Of a DNA stretch of 64,000 bases, positions 38,423 through 49,879 are shown piece after piece. The first letter of the stretch is position 1. The number at the start of each line of letters is the position of its first letter. The stretch lies in contig CAWEYG010000003.1 of the NCBI GenBank assembly GCA_963813155.1, positions 800,001 to 864,000 of the forward strand. The letters run 5' to 3'. Under the pieces are notes generated by a model. That model had not been told where the DNA came from, did no database searches, and saw only the letters and a list, made by a program, of their open reading frames with translations. The DNA is from an uncultured Acidobacteriota bacterium (GTDB taxonomy: Bacteria; Acidobacteriota; Thermoanaerobaculia; UBA5066; DATFVB01). Both the position numbers and the translations under genes were made by a program.

Positions 38423-39713
38423 TGCCTGACCCGCGCCGACCGCGCTCCCCGGCCCCTCCAGAGTCCCTCCGGGTAGTAACGAAAGAGCTCGAACGCCTCC
38501 CTCAGAACAGCTTTCCAGTCCCTGCGCCAGAAGGCTGACTCCAGACTCTCCGCAAGCTGTCCCCCGAAATGCTCGCGATAGAAATGAAGACCGGCGCGGT
38601 AGGCTTCGCGCGCAAGAGGACGCGAGCGAACGAATTTTCTTTCCGAATGGAGCACGGCCAGAACCTGGGACAGCATCAAGCCGGCGTTTCGGCTCATATT
38701 CGTTCCGTGCCGCCGGTATTCGACGACAGTCCGGTGATGGCAGAGGATCGAATGTGACCGGGAAGCACGCAAATAGAGATCGTAGTCGGCACACGCGTCC
38801 CAGGCGCTGTTGAAAATCCCGACGTCCCGAAACACGGACCGGCGAAAGAGAACGGCGCCGCACGTCGGAATGTAGTTCTCTCGGAGGAGCTCTTCGAACG
38901 GTTCGCCGGCGAGCGCGTGCTCCTTTCTCTCCCAGAGGACTTTCCCGTTCAGCGCAATGTCCCGATGGTGCCCGGAAACCAGCACGCATTGCGGGTTCGC
39001 GCGAAATGTCGCGAGCCCCGCCTCGATGGCATCCGATAACAGGCGATCATCCGCGTCGAGGAAGACGAGAAACTCTCCGGTGGTCTCCCGGATGCCCGTG
39101 TTGCGCGCCGCCGCCAAACCGGCGTTCGTCTGGCGGACGTAGCGGACCCCCGGAAAGCCCGCGACGACCGCCGAGGTATTGTCGGTCGAACCGTCGTCGA
39201 CGACGAGAACCTCGAGCCGGTCGTGGCTCTGGGCAAGGACACTTTCGATCGCCTCTCCGAGAAAATGGGCCTGATCGAAGCAGGGAATCACGACCGAAAC
39301 GAGAGGGCCTTCGGAATCGGCGCCATCCGCCGACGGTCGATACTCCACATCCACCGCGGCGAAGGGAATTCGCTGCTGATCCTGGCGAACCGCCCTCAGT
39401 TCGAAATGGAGATCCTTCCCTGCCAGACAGCTCAGCGTCTCGTCGAACCCGAAGCCGATGTCCTGCGCGCGCGGGGCGTTCGGGTACACCGCTCCCGCAT
39501 CCGCTCGCCCGCGGAGCCTGGCGCGCTTCCGCACGAGCCCTCGTGAACGATTTCGAGCGCCACCGCCGGAAGTCCTCGAGTCAAGACCCAACCCTGGAAG
39601 GACAGGGTGCTCCCTTCCACCCGCGCACCCTTGCGGGGGGCGTCGACCGAACAACCGATCAGGAAATTCCCGGTTGGAAGCATCGAGACGTCGAGGACCT
39701 CGGTATGACCCAT
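38419..39713 (-). CDS. GT2 glycosyltransferase with an N-terminal Ig-like domain; apparent frameshift near 39540
   Basis: ORF 39432..39713 gives SVDAP...FQGWV. The next frame gives RADAGAVYP...GF and then PLVSVVIPCFDQ, VDDGSTD, FLDADD, DYDLYLR, YRRHG. Confidence 0.8.
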
Positions 39714-39714
39714 T

Positions 39715-40983
39715 TCAGGTCCAGAGCCAGCGCAGACTCTTCGGATCGTAAGCGACGATGCCCTTCAGCCCGGCCAGCGCTCGCTTCCAGGAGCCGCTCC
39801 GAAGCGACTCCCGGACGAGAAGCGCCACGCTCCTTCCCGTCGTCGATCGCACGTGGATCACTCCCTGGCGCAGCGCCGCTCGGTGTCCCGCGTTTCGCCT
39901 CACGTTCGACGCCTGCGACCGAAGGATCCGGCGCGCCTCCTTCAACCTTTGAATCGGATCGGCGCCCGCACTCGACTCGCGAAGGCAGGAATCGGCGATC
40001 AATCCATGATGGCAGGCGAACGGGAAAACACGAGCCGCGCGGAGGAAGAGATCGTAGTCCGCCAACTCCGTCTCGAAAGTCTCGAAGTTCCCGACCGAGG
40101 CGAACAGATCGCGTCGATACAACACGGCGGCGCTGGTCCCCACGAAGTCTCGGCGGAGGAACGCCTCGTAGGCATCCCGTTCAACGCAGGCCGTTTCCGG
40201 CGTCACGAGCACACCCCCGTCCGCAGAGAGCAGCCGGCGGTGGCCGGCGACAAAGGCGCACTCCGGATGCTCCCGAAACGCTGCCAGTCCGCGCTCGATC
40301 GCGCCCGGAAGAAGGAGTTCGTTCGCGTCCAGAAACGCGAGGTAATCGCCTTTCGTCTCCCGAATTCCGCGGTTTCGGGCGGCCCCTCGCCCCCGATTCG
40401 TCTCCCGAACGCATCGGACCCCGGGGAAGCCGCTGACGACCTCCGAGGCGCGTTCGAGCGACCCTCCGTCGACGACCACGATTTCCACGTCGGGATATGT
40501 CTGGGCGACGACACTCTCAATCGCTGTACGAAGGCCCTGCGCTTCATCCAGGCACGGAATGATCACCGAGACGAGGGGCGCCTTCTCGCCGCCGGGCGAC
40601 TGTCTCCATCGGGTCTCGACGCCGATCGTGCCGATCAGAACCCGCCGGTGATCGCGAAGCACCGCATGAACGAGAAGATCCGTGGCTCGGGAATCGAGAA
40701 GGCTCACGGTCGTCCGAAAGCCGCTGTGCTCGGCGTCCGGGATTCCGGGAAATTCGACTGCGAGATCCTTCCGCACGACGTTGAGCCGGACCCGCTCGAG
40801 CACGATACCCTCGGAAGACACCTCGGCTCCGATCGCCTCGCTGTCTTTTCCGAGCGCCCATCCCTCGATGTCGATGGCCCGCTGATCGCACCGAAACCCT
40901 ACCTGCGGAAAATCGACTCCACCCCCCCGGATCTCGGTCCACGGTCTCGCCAGTGCCACCCGTCTGACCTCGAGGAGAGCCAT
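39715..40983 (-). CDS. GT2 glycosyltransferase with an N-terminal Ig-like domain (paralog of the previous gene)
   Basis: GVDFP...IEGWA...RKDLAVEFP...SGF, then PLVSVIIPC, VDGGS, FLDANE, DYDLFLR. Confidence 0.8.
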   Translation of the reverse strand: MALLEVRRVALARPWTEIRGGGVDFPQVGFRCDQRAIDIEGWALGKDSEAIGAEVSSEGIVLERVRLNVVRKDLAVEFPGIPDAEHSGFRTTVSLLDSRATDLLVHAVLRDHRRVLIGTIGVETRWRQSPGGEKAPLVSVIIPCLDEAQGLRTAIESVVAQTYPDVEIVVVDGGSLERASEVVSGFPGVRCVRETNRGRGAARNRGIRETKGDYLAFLDANELLLPGAIERGLAAFREHPECAFVAGHRRLLSADGGVLVTPETACVERDAYEAFLRRDFVGTSAAVLYRRDLFASVGNFETFETELADYDLFLRAARVFPFACHHGLIADSCLRESSAGADPIQRLKEARRILRSQASNVRRNAGHRAALRQGVIHVRSTTGRSVALLVRESLRSGSWKRALAGLKGIVAYDPKSLRWLWT

Positions 40984-41256
40984 GATCAGGCCTCGGCTCG
41001 ATAGACGAAGTCCGGGGAGTCCGGAAGAACACCAACGACACCCGTGCGAGCGGGGGCGGAAGCAGACAGCAAACTCACGAAGGCGCTCATTCTAACAAAA
41101 CGTTTATGTTGGCGGCCCAGGGAACATCTTCATCGCGTGGCCTTGAGCGCTGACGGTCCTCCGCATGCTAGAATTCTGCGAGTTCCGGAGAAATATCGGC
41201 TGTTTTCGTTTCAATCTGAGGGCGGTTCAAATCTGAGCAACGAACCAGAAGAGCGG

Positions 41257-43906
41257 ATGGCGCCCGAATCCGGGCGGCCGCCAGAAGATTCCGTCGTTCG
41301 CGCCTCCGCGGCAACCGCTGCGACGCCGACCGTCGCCTGCACGATCGTCTCGAAGAACTATCTCAGCCTCGCGCGTGTCTGGAACGACTCGCTGAGGCGC
41401 CTGCACCCCGAGATCCGCACGATCGTTCTGCTCGTCGACCGAATCGACGGCTGTTTTGATCCCGAGCGGGAGGGATTCGAAGTCCTCGAAGCCGAGGAGC
41501 TCGGAATCCCCGACTTCCTCGACATGGCCTTCAAGTACAACATCGTCGAGCTCAACACGGCCGTCAAGCCCTTCCTGCTCGACTACCTTCTCCGTCGCCG
41601 CGGCATCGAGCGAGTCCTTTACTTCGATCCGGACACGGTTCTCTACGGCCGGCTGGACAAGGTCCTCGGCACCCTCGAAAACCGCCAGATCATCCTCGTA
41701 CCGCACATTCTCGCTCCGCAGGAGAGCGACGGTCGCCGCCCCAACGAGACGGATTTTCTGATTTCCGGCACCTACAACCTCGGGTTCCTCGCGCTCCGGA
41801 AATCCGAAGTGGTCTTTTCGTTCCTTCGATGGTGGCAGGACAAGCTCGCCGACGGAGCGTTTTCCGCGCCGGAGCGGGGCCTCTTCACGGACCAGAAGTG
41901 GATCGACCTCGTCCCGAGCATCTTCTCGGGCGTCGAAATCTTCAAGGACCGCGGGTACAACGTGGCCTATTGGAACCTGCAGGAACGGATGGACCTCGCC
42001 GAAGTGGCCGGCAGCTACCGTTTTCCGGAATGCCCGCTGACATTTTTCCATTTCAGCGGTCTGGAGTTCGGCAAGGTCGAGCGGATCTCCAAGTACCAGA
42101 ACCGGTTCCGCTTCCACAATCTCCCGGCTCCTTACCAGAAGTTGTTCACGGGATACGTTGACGCCATCCGCACCGCCGGCCACGAGGCGACCCGAAGGTA
42201 TCCCTACGCGTTCGACGCTTTCGACGACGGCGTCCGGATCTCGCCTTATCTGCGCTCGCTCTACCACAAGCAGGGGTCCGAACGGGAGCGCTGGGGCGAC
42301 CCCTTTCGGGCGCGCGGCCGCAACACGTTCCGCGAATGGCTGCTCGAGCCGGGCGAGTTCGGCTCGGCGACTCCGCGGGTGCTCGCCGGCATCTACGAGT
42401 CCCGGCCCGACGTCCGAGCCGCGATTCCGAACGGTGAGCGCGAAAACGCGAAACTCCTCCTGGGATGGGCTGTCGGCTCGACGCCGAGGGAATACAAGCT
42501 CGACCCGTTTTTCGTCGACCAGTTTCGGGATCTCTTCGACGCGATCGAGGCCGCGGAAACCGCGATCCGCGTCGCTCGAGAGGCCCGGGAACGCGAGCTG
42601 CTCGGAGCCGCGCGGCCGATCCCTACTACGCCGAGCCGAGGCTCCCCGGCAAACGCGCGCTCCAGCGCATTCTGACCCGCCCGGTCTACCGAAGGCTCCG
42701 GAAGTGGATCTGGCAATATCCCTTCTGGCGGCGGCCCCGGAGCCCGAGGCATCGCACCGGCGCCGGCGCCGGCTCGAGAACCTCGATCCGAACCTTCCTC
42801 CCGGCGTCAACCTTTTCGGCTACTTCGACACCGAGAGCGGAGTCGGGGAAATCGCGCGCAGCATGGCGGCGATGTTGGAACGGTCGGGAACTCCCCACGC
42901 GCTCGTCAACGTGGGCCAGAAGTGGCTGCGCCGCGGGGACCGCCGAGTCCAGCAATTTTCGGCCTCGAACCCGTACGCGGTCAACCTGTTCATGATCAAC
43001 GCCGACCAGCTTCCCCACGTTCTCGCACAGATTGGCGAGTCCGCCCGCCGCGGCCGGACGAACGTCGGCTACTGGTTCTGGGAGCTGTCCACGTTTCCGC
43101 AGACTTCCGCGGGAGCTTTCGGGTTCCTCGACGAAGTGTGGGTCGCGTCGGAGTTCTGCCTGAAGGCGATCTCGGCCGCATCGCCGATCCCGGTCGTGAA
43201 AGTCTCTCCCGGATTCGAGTTCGAGCGACCGCGAGGTCGCCGGACACGCTCGTCCTTCGGGATCCGGGATGACGATTTCGTCTTCCTCTATGTCTTCGAC
43301 AGCGCTTCGTCGGTCAAGCGCAAGAATCCGGCCGGCCTCATTCGGGCCTTCCAGACGGCATTCCCGAACCCCGGGCGAGAAAGGCTCGTCCTCAAGACGA
43401 TCAACTCGACCCCGCAGAGAGACGCGGCTCTCTCCCGACTGGCGCGATCCGGGCGCGTCGAGATTCTCAGCGAATACCTCGATCGGCACGAGTTGCTGGA
43501 CCTGCTCGCGGTGGCCGACTGCTATGTGTCGCTCCATCGAAGCGAGGGCCTGGGCCTGACGCTGCTCGAATCGATGGCCCTCGGCAAACCGGTGATCGCA
43601 ACCGACTACTCGGGCAGCGTTGACTTTCTGCGTCCGGATGTCGGCTTTCCCGTGCCCTACCGGCTCGTCTCCCTCGTTCGCAACGTCGGGCCCTACGCGA
43701 AAGGAAGCGTGTGGGCCGAGCCCGACCTCGACGAGGCGGCACGTCTCATGAAGTTCGTCCGCGAGAACTCTCCCCAGTCCCTGGCGGTTGCGGCCGCGGC
43801 CCGTCACGAGGTCGAGACCTCATGGTCGATTGCGGCAGCCAGCCGCCGCCTTCAAAAGGAGGTCGATCGTCTGTTGGGAGAGCGGAGGGCGGCGAAGTCC
43901 GTCTAG
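41257..43906 (+). CDS. Multidomain glycosyltransferase (N-terminal GT-A/GT8-like, C-terminal GT4); apparent frameshifts near 42600 and 42740
   Basis: TIVSKNY, YNIVELNTAVKP, YFDPD, YNLGF, DQKW, YNVAYWNL, FFHFSG; later GYWFWEL, RKNP, SLHRSEGLGL..EsMALGKP. It could instead be two genes. Confidence 0.8.
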
Positions 43907-43921
43907 GAGAGGGACAGGGAG

Positions 43922-44725
43922 TCAGGACGCCCGGGCGCCCGCCGCCACGCCCGGAGTGAGGCCGAGGTCTGCGGCGTATGCGCCCGCATCCGCGCCGCCG
44001 CTCGCCGACCAGGAGTGATAGGCGTTGGTGACCTGTTCGGGGTCGCCGTCGGCGATGAGCCGGCCGTGATCGATCCACATGACCCTCCCGCACGAGTCGA
44101 CGATCTGGCCGAGCGAGTGCGAGACGATCACGACGGTCTTTCCGGCCCGGCGAAAGCTATCCATCCTCTCGCGGCATTTCGTCTGGAACCTCTCGTCTCC
44201 CACCGAAAGGGCTTCGTCCACGATGAGCACGTCGGGGTCCACGTCCGTTGCCACGGAAAACGCGAGCCTCGCCACCATCCCCGTCGAGTACGTCCGGACC
44301 GGCGAATCGAGGAAGTCCTGGAGCTCGGCAAATTCGACGATTCGCCCCGTCCTTCGCTGCATCTCCCGGCGCGAGAACCCGAGCAAGGCGCCCTGAAGGC
44401 AGATGTTTTCTCGTCCGGTCAGCTCGCCGCTCATTCCCAGACCCAGCTCGAGCAGCGGCGAGACCTTCCCGTAAACGACCACGCGGCCGGAGGAGGGCCG
44501 ATGAACGCGCGAGATCACCTTCAGGAGGGTGCTCTTCCCCGCGCCGTTCTGGCCGATGATCCCGACGCACTCGCCGTTCGAAATCGTCGCCGAGACATTC
44601 CGAAGCGCCTCGAGCTCTTCGTAGCTCACCTGCCCCTTGAGCATTTTGATGACGTGCGATTTCAGCGTCCAGCCCGCGCCCCGGGCGAGCCGATAACGGA
44701 TCGAGACGTTTTCGAGACGGATCAT
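43922..44725 (-). CDS. wzt: Polysaccharide ABC exporter ATP-binding subunit (Wzt/TagH), no C-terminal carbohydrate-binding domain
   Basis: GQNGAGKST, ELTGRENI, YSTGMVARLAFSVA, IVDEALSVGD, VSH. Confidence 0.92.
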   Translation of the reverse strand: MIRLENVSIRYRLARGAGWTLKSHVIKMLKGQVSYEELEALRNVSATISNGECVGIIGQNGAGKSTLLKVISRVHRPSSGRVVVYGKVSPLLELGLGMSGELTGRENICLQGALLGFSRREMQRRTGRIVEFAELQDFLDSPVRTYSTGMVARLAFSVATDVDPDVLIVDEALSVGDERFQTKCRERMDSFRRAGKTVVIVSHSLGQIVDSCGRVMWIDHGRLIADGDPEQVTNAYHSWSASGGADAGAYAADLGLTPGVAAGARAS

Positions 44726-44731
44726 CGGTCT

Positions 44732-45577
44732 TCAGCTCCGGAACGCATATTCGTCGATCCGCCGGCAAAAGAAGATCCACCCGGCCAGGAGCGTGCCGAA
44801 CGCGATCGCAGCCGAGAAGAGAATCACGCTGGCCGAAGGAAGAATTCCGTCGTAAACCGGCGTCCGGAACGTCTGGATCAGGTAATAGTGCGGATTGAGC
44901 CAGAGAATAAAACGATATTTCGCGGGCACGATCGACGGAGCGTAGACGATCGGAGTGATGAAAAACCAGGTGTTGATCAACACGAGGTACATCTCGCGGA
45001 TGTCGGAGAACCGCGATGCCAGCGTGAAGATCAGAAAACCGAGGCCCAGGGTGAACGCGGTCTCGAGCAGAAGGGCGAACGGCAGGAACCAGGTCGTCGA
45101 GTGGAAGCGGAAGCGGATCGCGACGAGGATCAGCGCGAACGGCGCGAGCGAAAGGAAAAGATTGACGAGCGCGACGCCAGTCGAAGAGATGACGAACACC
45201 GAACGGGGAATGAAGATCCTCTTCGAAAACTCGTTCGAGTCGTGAGTCTGCGCCGCGGCAAACGACGTCGCGGAGGAGAAATACGTCCAGTACATCGAGC
45301 CGATCATGAAAAAGGCGGGATAGTTGCGGATCTGCTGCTTGAGCAGGCTCGAAAAAACGAGCGTCAGCGCGACCATGTTGATCAGGGGCGCCAGCATCGT
45401 CCACCCGATCCCGAGAATCGAGCGCTTGTAGCGGGTCTTGATGTCCCGGATCACGAGCTCGCAAACGAGGCTTCGATAGGCCCAGACGTTCTTGATCTCG
45501 TCCCACTCGCGGAAGGTTCGCTCGTCCGAATCGTAGATCTGAACGTGCGAATCCGGCGTGGAACGTGCTCTCGCCAT
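44732..45577 (-). CDS. wzm: Polysaccharide ABC exporter permease (Wzm/TagG)
   Basis: RDIKTRYKRSILGIGW, FFITPIVY, LNP, six TMs; next to wzt. Confidence 0.92.
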   Translation of the reverse strand: MARARSTPDSHVQIYDSDERTFREWDEIKNVWAYRSLVCELVIRDIKTRYKRSILGIGWTMLAPLINMVALTLVFSSLLKQQIRNYPAFFMIGSMYWTYFSSATSFAAAQTHDSNEFSKRIFIPRSVFVISSTGVALVNLFLSLAPFALILVAIRFRFHSTTWFLPFALLLETAFTLGLGFLIFTLASRFSDIREMYLVLINTWFFITPIVYAPSIVPAKYRFILWLNPHYYLIQTFRTPVYDGILPSASVILFSAAIAFGTLLAGWIFFCRRIDEYAFRS

Positions 45578-45586
45578 CGTGGCCGG

Positions 45587-48500
45587 TCAATATACCAGAT
45601 GGGCGAGAGCCTGCCGCGCGCGCTCGGACCAGTCGTTTTCGCGCGCAAACGCCCGAATTTTCTCGCGGAAACGCTCGTCCTTCGAAGCCGCCAGGGCTTG
45701 CGAGAGCGCCCGGCTCCACTCCTCGGGAGTGGCGGCCGTCCACACGCCCGGAATCTCCCGCGTCTCCGCCATCGGCGTCGACACGACCGGTTTTCCCGCC
45801 GCGAGGTACTCGTAGAGCTTGATCGGCGAGACGCCGTTGGTGACGGGCGAGACGCAGAACGGAATCAGGCCGACGTCGGCCCCCGAAAGGACGTCCGGGA
45901 TCCCCGAGTTCTCGACTGCGCCCCGAAACTTGACGTTCGAAAGAGCTCGAATGCCCGACGATGCGAATTCCTCGTCCAGCGATTCCCCACAGAGTTGAAA
46001 CTCCCAGCCGGGATCTGCCTTCGCGACGTCCGAGAGCAGGCGGAAGTCCACCCATCGAGCGAGCGCCCCGACGTAGACCGCGGCCGGCGGACCGGCGCCC
46101 CGCCCGGCGGTCGCGGCCTCGAACCGGCTGAAGTCCACGGCGTTGGGCAGGTACCGGGCGTCCGGCCGGATCGCGGCGATCTCCGCGAGCAGCGGCCGCG
46201 AAACGGCAAACACGGCATCGGCCTCGCGCAACGCGCGCTCGTGCCGCCGGCGCAGGTCGCTCTTCGGCTGGGGGAAGACGTCGAGATGGTCGATGCAGTC
46301 GTAGACGAGACGAGCTCCGGGCCAATCCGCCTTCGGAGGAACGTTGTACGCGAAGGTCCAGAGGACGGGCCTCTCGATCGAACGAAGCGTTTCCGGGTCG
46401 CCACGAAAAAGATGAAGCCCCGGCTCCGCTTCGCGAAACCCCAGGAAACCGTCCGCGGAATGATCGCCGCAATCGAAGACAACGCGGGTGCCCAAGCGCG
46501 CGAAAGCGCGGGCCAGGTGGTGGGGCCTCTGGACAAGCGTGACATTCCACCCGATCGACGGCGGAAAGACGATCACGGGGGCCGGGCCCCGCAGGCCCAT
46601 CGGCAGGCCGCCCGCTTCACGCCATTTCTCGCGAAAGCGTCGTTCGTTTTCGCGGTAGATCCGGAGATATTCCTCCTCGCCGAGCTTCTCGAAGCTCGCG
46701 CGGCCCCGGTGGTGCACGAAAGAGTCGCGGGCGCACGCGATCGCGTATCCCGCTTCCCGAACCCGCCGGCTGTAGTCGTCGTCCTCGAACATCCCCACCG
46801 AGAACCGCTCGTCGAGAGGGCCGATCTCGTCGTACAGCGCCCGCCGGAAGGCCGTGCAGAACATCGCCACCATGGGAACCGGAACGACGCGGCCCGCGTT
46901 TCTCGCGGTGAACTCGCGCGCCCATTCCCGCAGCTCCGCAAGGTTCGAATACGAAACGGGCACGCGAGCCTCGTTTGCGATCTCGTTCGTCGAGGATCCG
47001 ATCAACCCGAGAGCCGGGTCTCGTTCGAGATGCGCGAACAGCGCGGAAAGCCATCCGCGGGTGACGACCGTGTCGTTGTTGAGGAGACACAGGTACGAGC
47101 CGGACGATGCCGCGATTCCCCGGTTGACGGCGGGCGCGAATCCGAGATTTTCCCCGTGGAGGACGACTCGGAGCTCCGGCGTGCGGGAGCGCTCCTCGAT
47201 CAGCCATTCCGGCGTCCCGTCTTTCGACCCGTTGTCGACGAAGACCAGCTCCAGGTTCGGCCAGTCGGTTTCCGAAAGGAGCGAGGAGAGACAGGCGCGG
47301 TTGAACTCGAGATTCCCGAACGTGACGACGACGACCGAGGCGGGCGGGTACAGCGCGCGCATCGCCCGGAGCAACTCCCGAGCGCGAGCCGTCCAGCTGT
47401 TCGCCCGGGCAAACGCGGCTCGGCGCTCGCGCAGGGCCGGATCGCCTTCCGCCAGGGCAGCCGCGATCTGCGTCTCGAATTCCGCGGCATCCGGCGCGAG
47501 CCGAACGAGCCCGTCGTCCGCGAGCGGAACCAGCTCCGGGATGTGCGTCGCCACGACCGGCTTTCCGGAAGAAAGCATTTCGTAGACCTTCACCGGATTC
47601 GTCGCCTCGATCAGGGGGCCGAGTCGAAACGGGATGATCGACACGTCGAAGCGCGCGAGCGCGGCGGGCAATTCCGTGTAGGGGGTCTCTCCGCCGAACC
47701 GGACGTTGCGGGACCTGGAGTTTTTCCGCCTCCGATCCGAACGTCGATCCCAGAATCTCGAAATCCCAGCCCGGCCGCCGGCGCGCCAGCTGTGCGACGA
47801 GATCGAGGTCGAACCACTCGGAAACCGCGCCGAAATAGCCGATCCGGGGCCGCGGACCGGAAGGCCGAGCCGAAGCGGAAGAGAAGAACTCGAAGTCCGC
47901 GGCGTTGCGCAGCAGCAGGACTTCCTCCCGAAGGTCTGACATCTTCTCGAACAGCTTCCGGGAGGAAGCGAAGACGAGATCGGCGGAGCCTCGCCAGCCG
48001 CCGCTCCTCTTCCTCGACGAACGCCCCGCGAGCGTCGGAAAACGCCGCGTGGTCGTCGATGCAGTCGTAGGCGACCTTCCATCCCCGCTCGGAGCGCAGC
48101 TCCTCCGCGAGGAGTCGCCAGTACGGCAGCTCCACGAGCACGACCGCGTGCCGGACGGAGAAGCGCTCCGCGACGGCCCTCACGCTTTCGAGGGCCGCCG
48201 AAAGGCGGGCGGAATCGAGGGCACGCTCGTAGAGATCCTCCCGCCGCGCGCCGGCGACCGGGAACAGCACGACGCCCGGCTCGGGCGATCCGACCGGGCC
48301 GCCGGAGAGCTCCGCGAAAAACACGCGGCCTCCGAGCTTCGCGAGCGCGGACGCGAGCTGCTGGGGCCGCTGCCGCCGGAAATTCCACTCTCCCTGAGAC
48401 AGGAGAAACACGTCGGGACGGCCGGGCCGCTCCTCCCGCCGTGACGGCGGAAGCGCCGATTCGAACGCGGGCTTTCGAATTCCGAAAAGGCGCTCGACCG

Positions 48501-48588
48501 GAATTCGCCGCCGGATCGCGCGCCTCCAGCGCAGGGGGATCGCGGCCCGGCCCCACCGGTACATCCCCTCGAGCCAGGAACCCGTCAT
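45587..48588 (-). CDS. Three-domain glycosyltransferase (GT-B / GT2 / GT-B); apparent frameshifts near 47990 and 47710
   Basis: QRPQQLA...YDCIDDH; [17 protein letters not shown]; NPVKVYE; GT2 part VDNGSKD, LLNND, FEDDD; second QRPHHLA...YDCID...[14 protein letters not shown]. Spread over three frames. Confidence 0.85.
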
Positions 48589-48589
48589 T

Positions 48590-49879
48590 TCATCGCCGCC
48601 GGGAGCGGAGGACCTCGAGACGCTGCTTCAGCATCCCGGCGACGGCCGGGCGCCCGTAACGGGTCTCGACGAGGGCCGCGGCCGCGGCGCCGCGCCGACC
48701 CGATTCCTCGCGATCCTCGAAGACCCTTCGCATGGCGAGCGCCGCCGCGTCCAGGTCCGGCTCCGCCCAGATCGCCCCCTTCTCGTAGGGCCCGATCGCC
48801 TGGGAAAGCTCGACAAGGCGGTACGGGACGGGAAATCCCGTCGCCTCGGAGAGAAAATCGACCGTTCCCGAATAGCCCGTCGCGATCACCGGCTTTCCGA
48901 GCGCCATCGCTTCCGCGCAGGGAAGGCCGAATCCTTCGGAGCGGTGCAGCGACACGAGCGCGTCGCAATTGGTCAAGAGGCCGTCGATCTCTTCTCGCGA
49001 CGAGATCCAGTCGAGCACGCGAATCGGTCTCCCGCGCGCCGCGGCCTTCAGCTTCTCGACTCCCTCCGGATCGGTGTCCGGGTGATTGATCTTGAGGATC
49101 AGCTGGGTCTCCGGCGATCCGCCGAAAGCCTGAAGGAACGCCTCGATTGCCCCCTCCGGGTTCTTTCTCGAAAGAACGCTCCCCGCGTCGGCAAGGGCGA
49201 GAAAAACGAAGGCATTCGGGTGAAGCCCGAGTTGCCATCTCTTTCTCTGCGACCGGCGATAGGCGACGTGGGGCGGCAGGACTTGAACGGTCACCGAACC
49301 GTCGGCCGGCAGGGCGCGCTCGACGGCCCCGCGCACGAACTCCGAGGCCACCCAGATTTCGTCGAGCCTCTGAAAACGGTCGCGATGCGAGGCCGGGAGC
49401 TCCGGGAATTCCCAGTACCAGTAGCCGACGTTCACGCGGTTCGCGAAGAAGCGGCCCCCCAGATAGTCCCCCAGGATCTTCATGTGGTCCGAGTTGACGC
49501 AAAACAGGTTGACGTCGAAGGGGTTCTTCCGCTGCAGCACGCCGAGAGAATCGTCCTCGTCGAACCGGTCGCGGTCCGCGCCGTCCGCGTTGACGAGCGA
49601 GGTCGGAATCCCCGCGTCGTGCGCCGCCTGTACGAACGATCGCCCCGACTCCCCCACTCCCGAGGCCGAACGAAGGAAACCGATGACGTTTAACCCGGCC
49701 GGCAGATTCTGTTTCGGGTAGAGAGCGGGGTCGAAGTCGAGCCGCACCGACCAGGCGTGGTATCGCCGAAGGAGGCGCGTGGGCACCACGTGGATCAGGA
49801 GCCATCGCCAGGGGCGGAGCTTCTGAAACAGCCCGCGGACCCGGTGGGACAGCGGCAGACCGGGCGTCTCTCGACTCAT
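48590..49879 (-). CDS. GT4 glycosyltransferase
   Basis: GVGESGR, GYWYWEF, RKNP, SLHRSEGFGL..AEAMALGKP, WAEPD; paralogous to the C-terminal half of 41257..43906. Confidence 0.88.
   Translation of the reverse strand: MSRETPGLPLSHRVRGLFQKLRPWRWLLIHVVPTRLLRRYHAWSVRLDFDPALYPKQNLPAGLNVIGFLRSASGVGESGRSFVQAAHDAGIPTSLVNADGADRDRFDEDDSLGVLQRKNPFDVNLFCVNSDHMKILGDYLGGRFFANRVNVGYWYWEFPELPASHRDRFQRLDEIWVASEFVRGAVERALPADGSVTVQVLPPHVAYRRSQRKRWQLGLHPNAFVFLALADAGSVLSRKNPEGAIEAFLQAFGGSPETQLILKINHPDTDPEGVEKLKAAARGRPIRVLDWISSREEIDGLLTNCDALVSLHRSEGFGLPCAEAMALGKPVIATGYSGTVDFLSEATGFPVPYRLVELSQAIGPYEKGAIWAEPDLDAAALAMRRVFEDREESGRRGAAAAALVETRYGRPAVAGMLKQRLEVLRSRRR

Noticed and set aside
44015-48070. 1351-aa plus-strand ORF
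   Set aside because: Antisense shadow of wzt, wzm and the multidomain GT; Arg/Pro/Gly-rich with no motifs, as expected in high-GC DNA.
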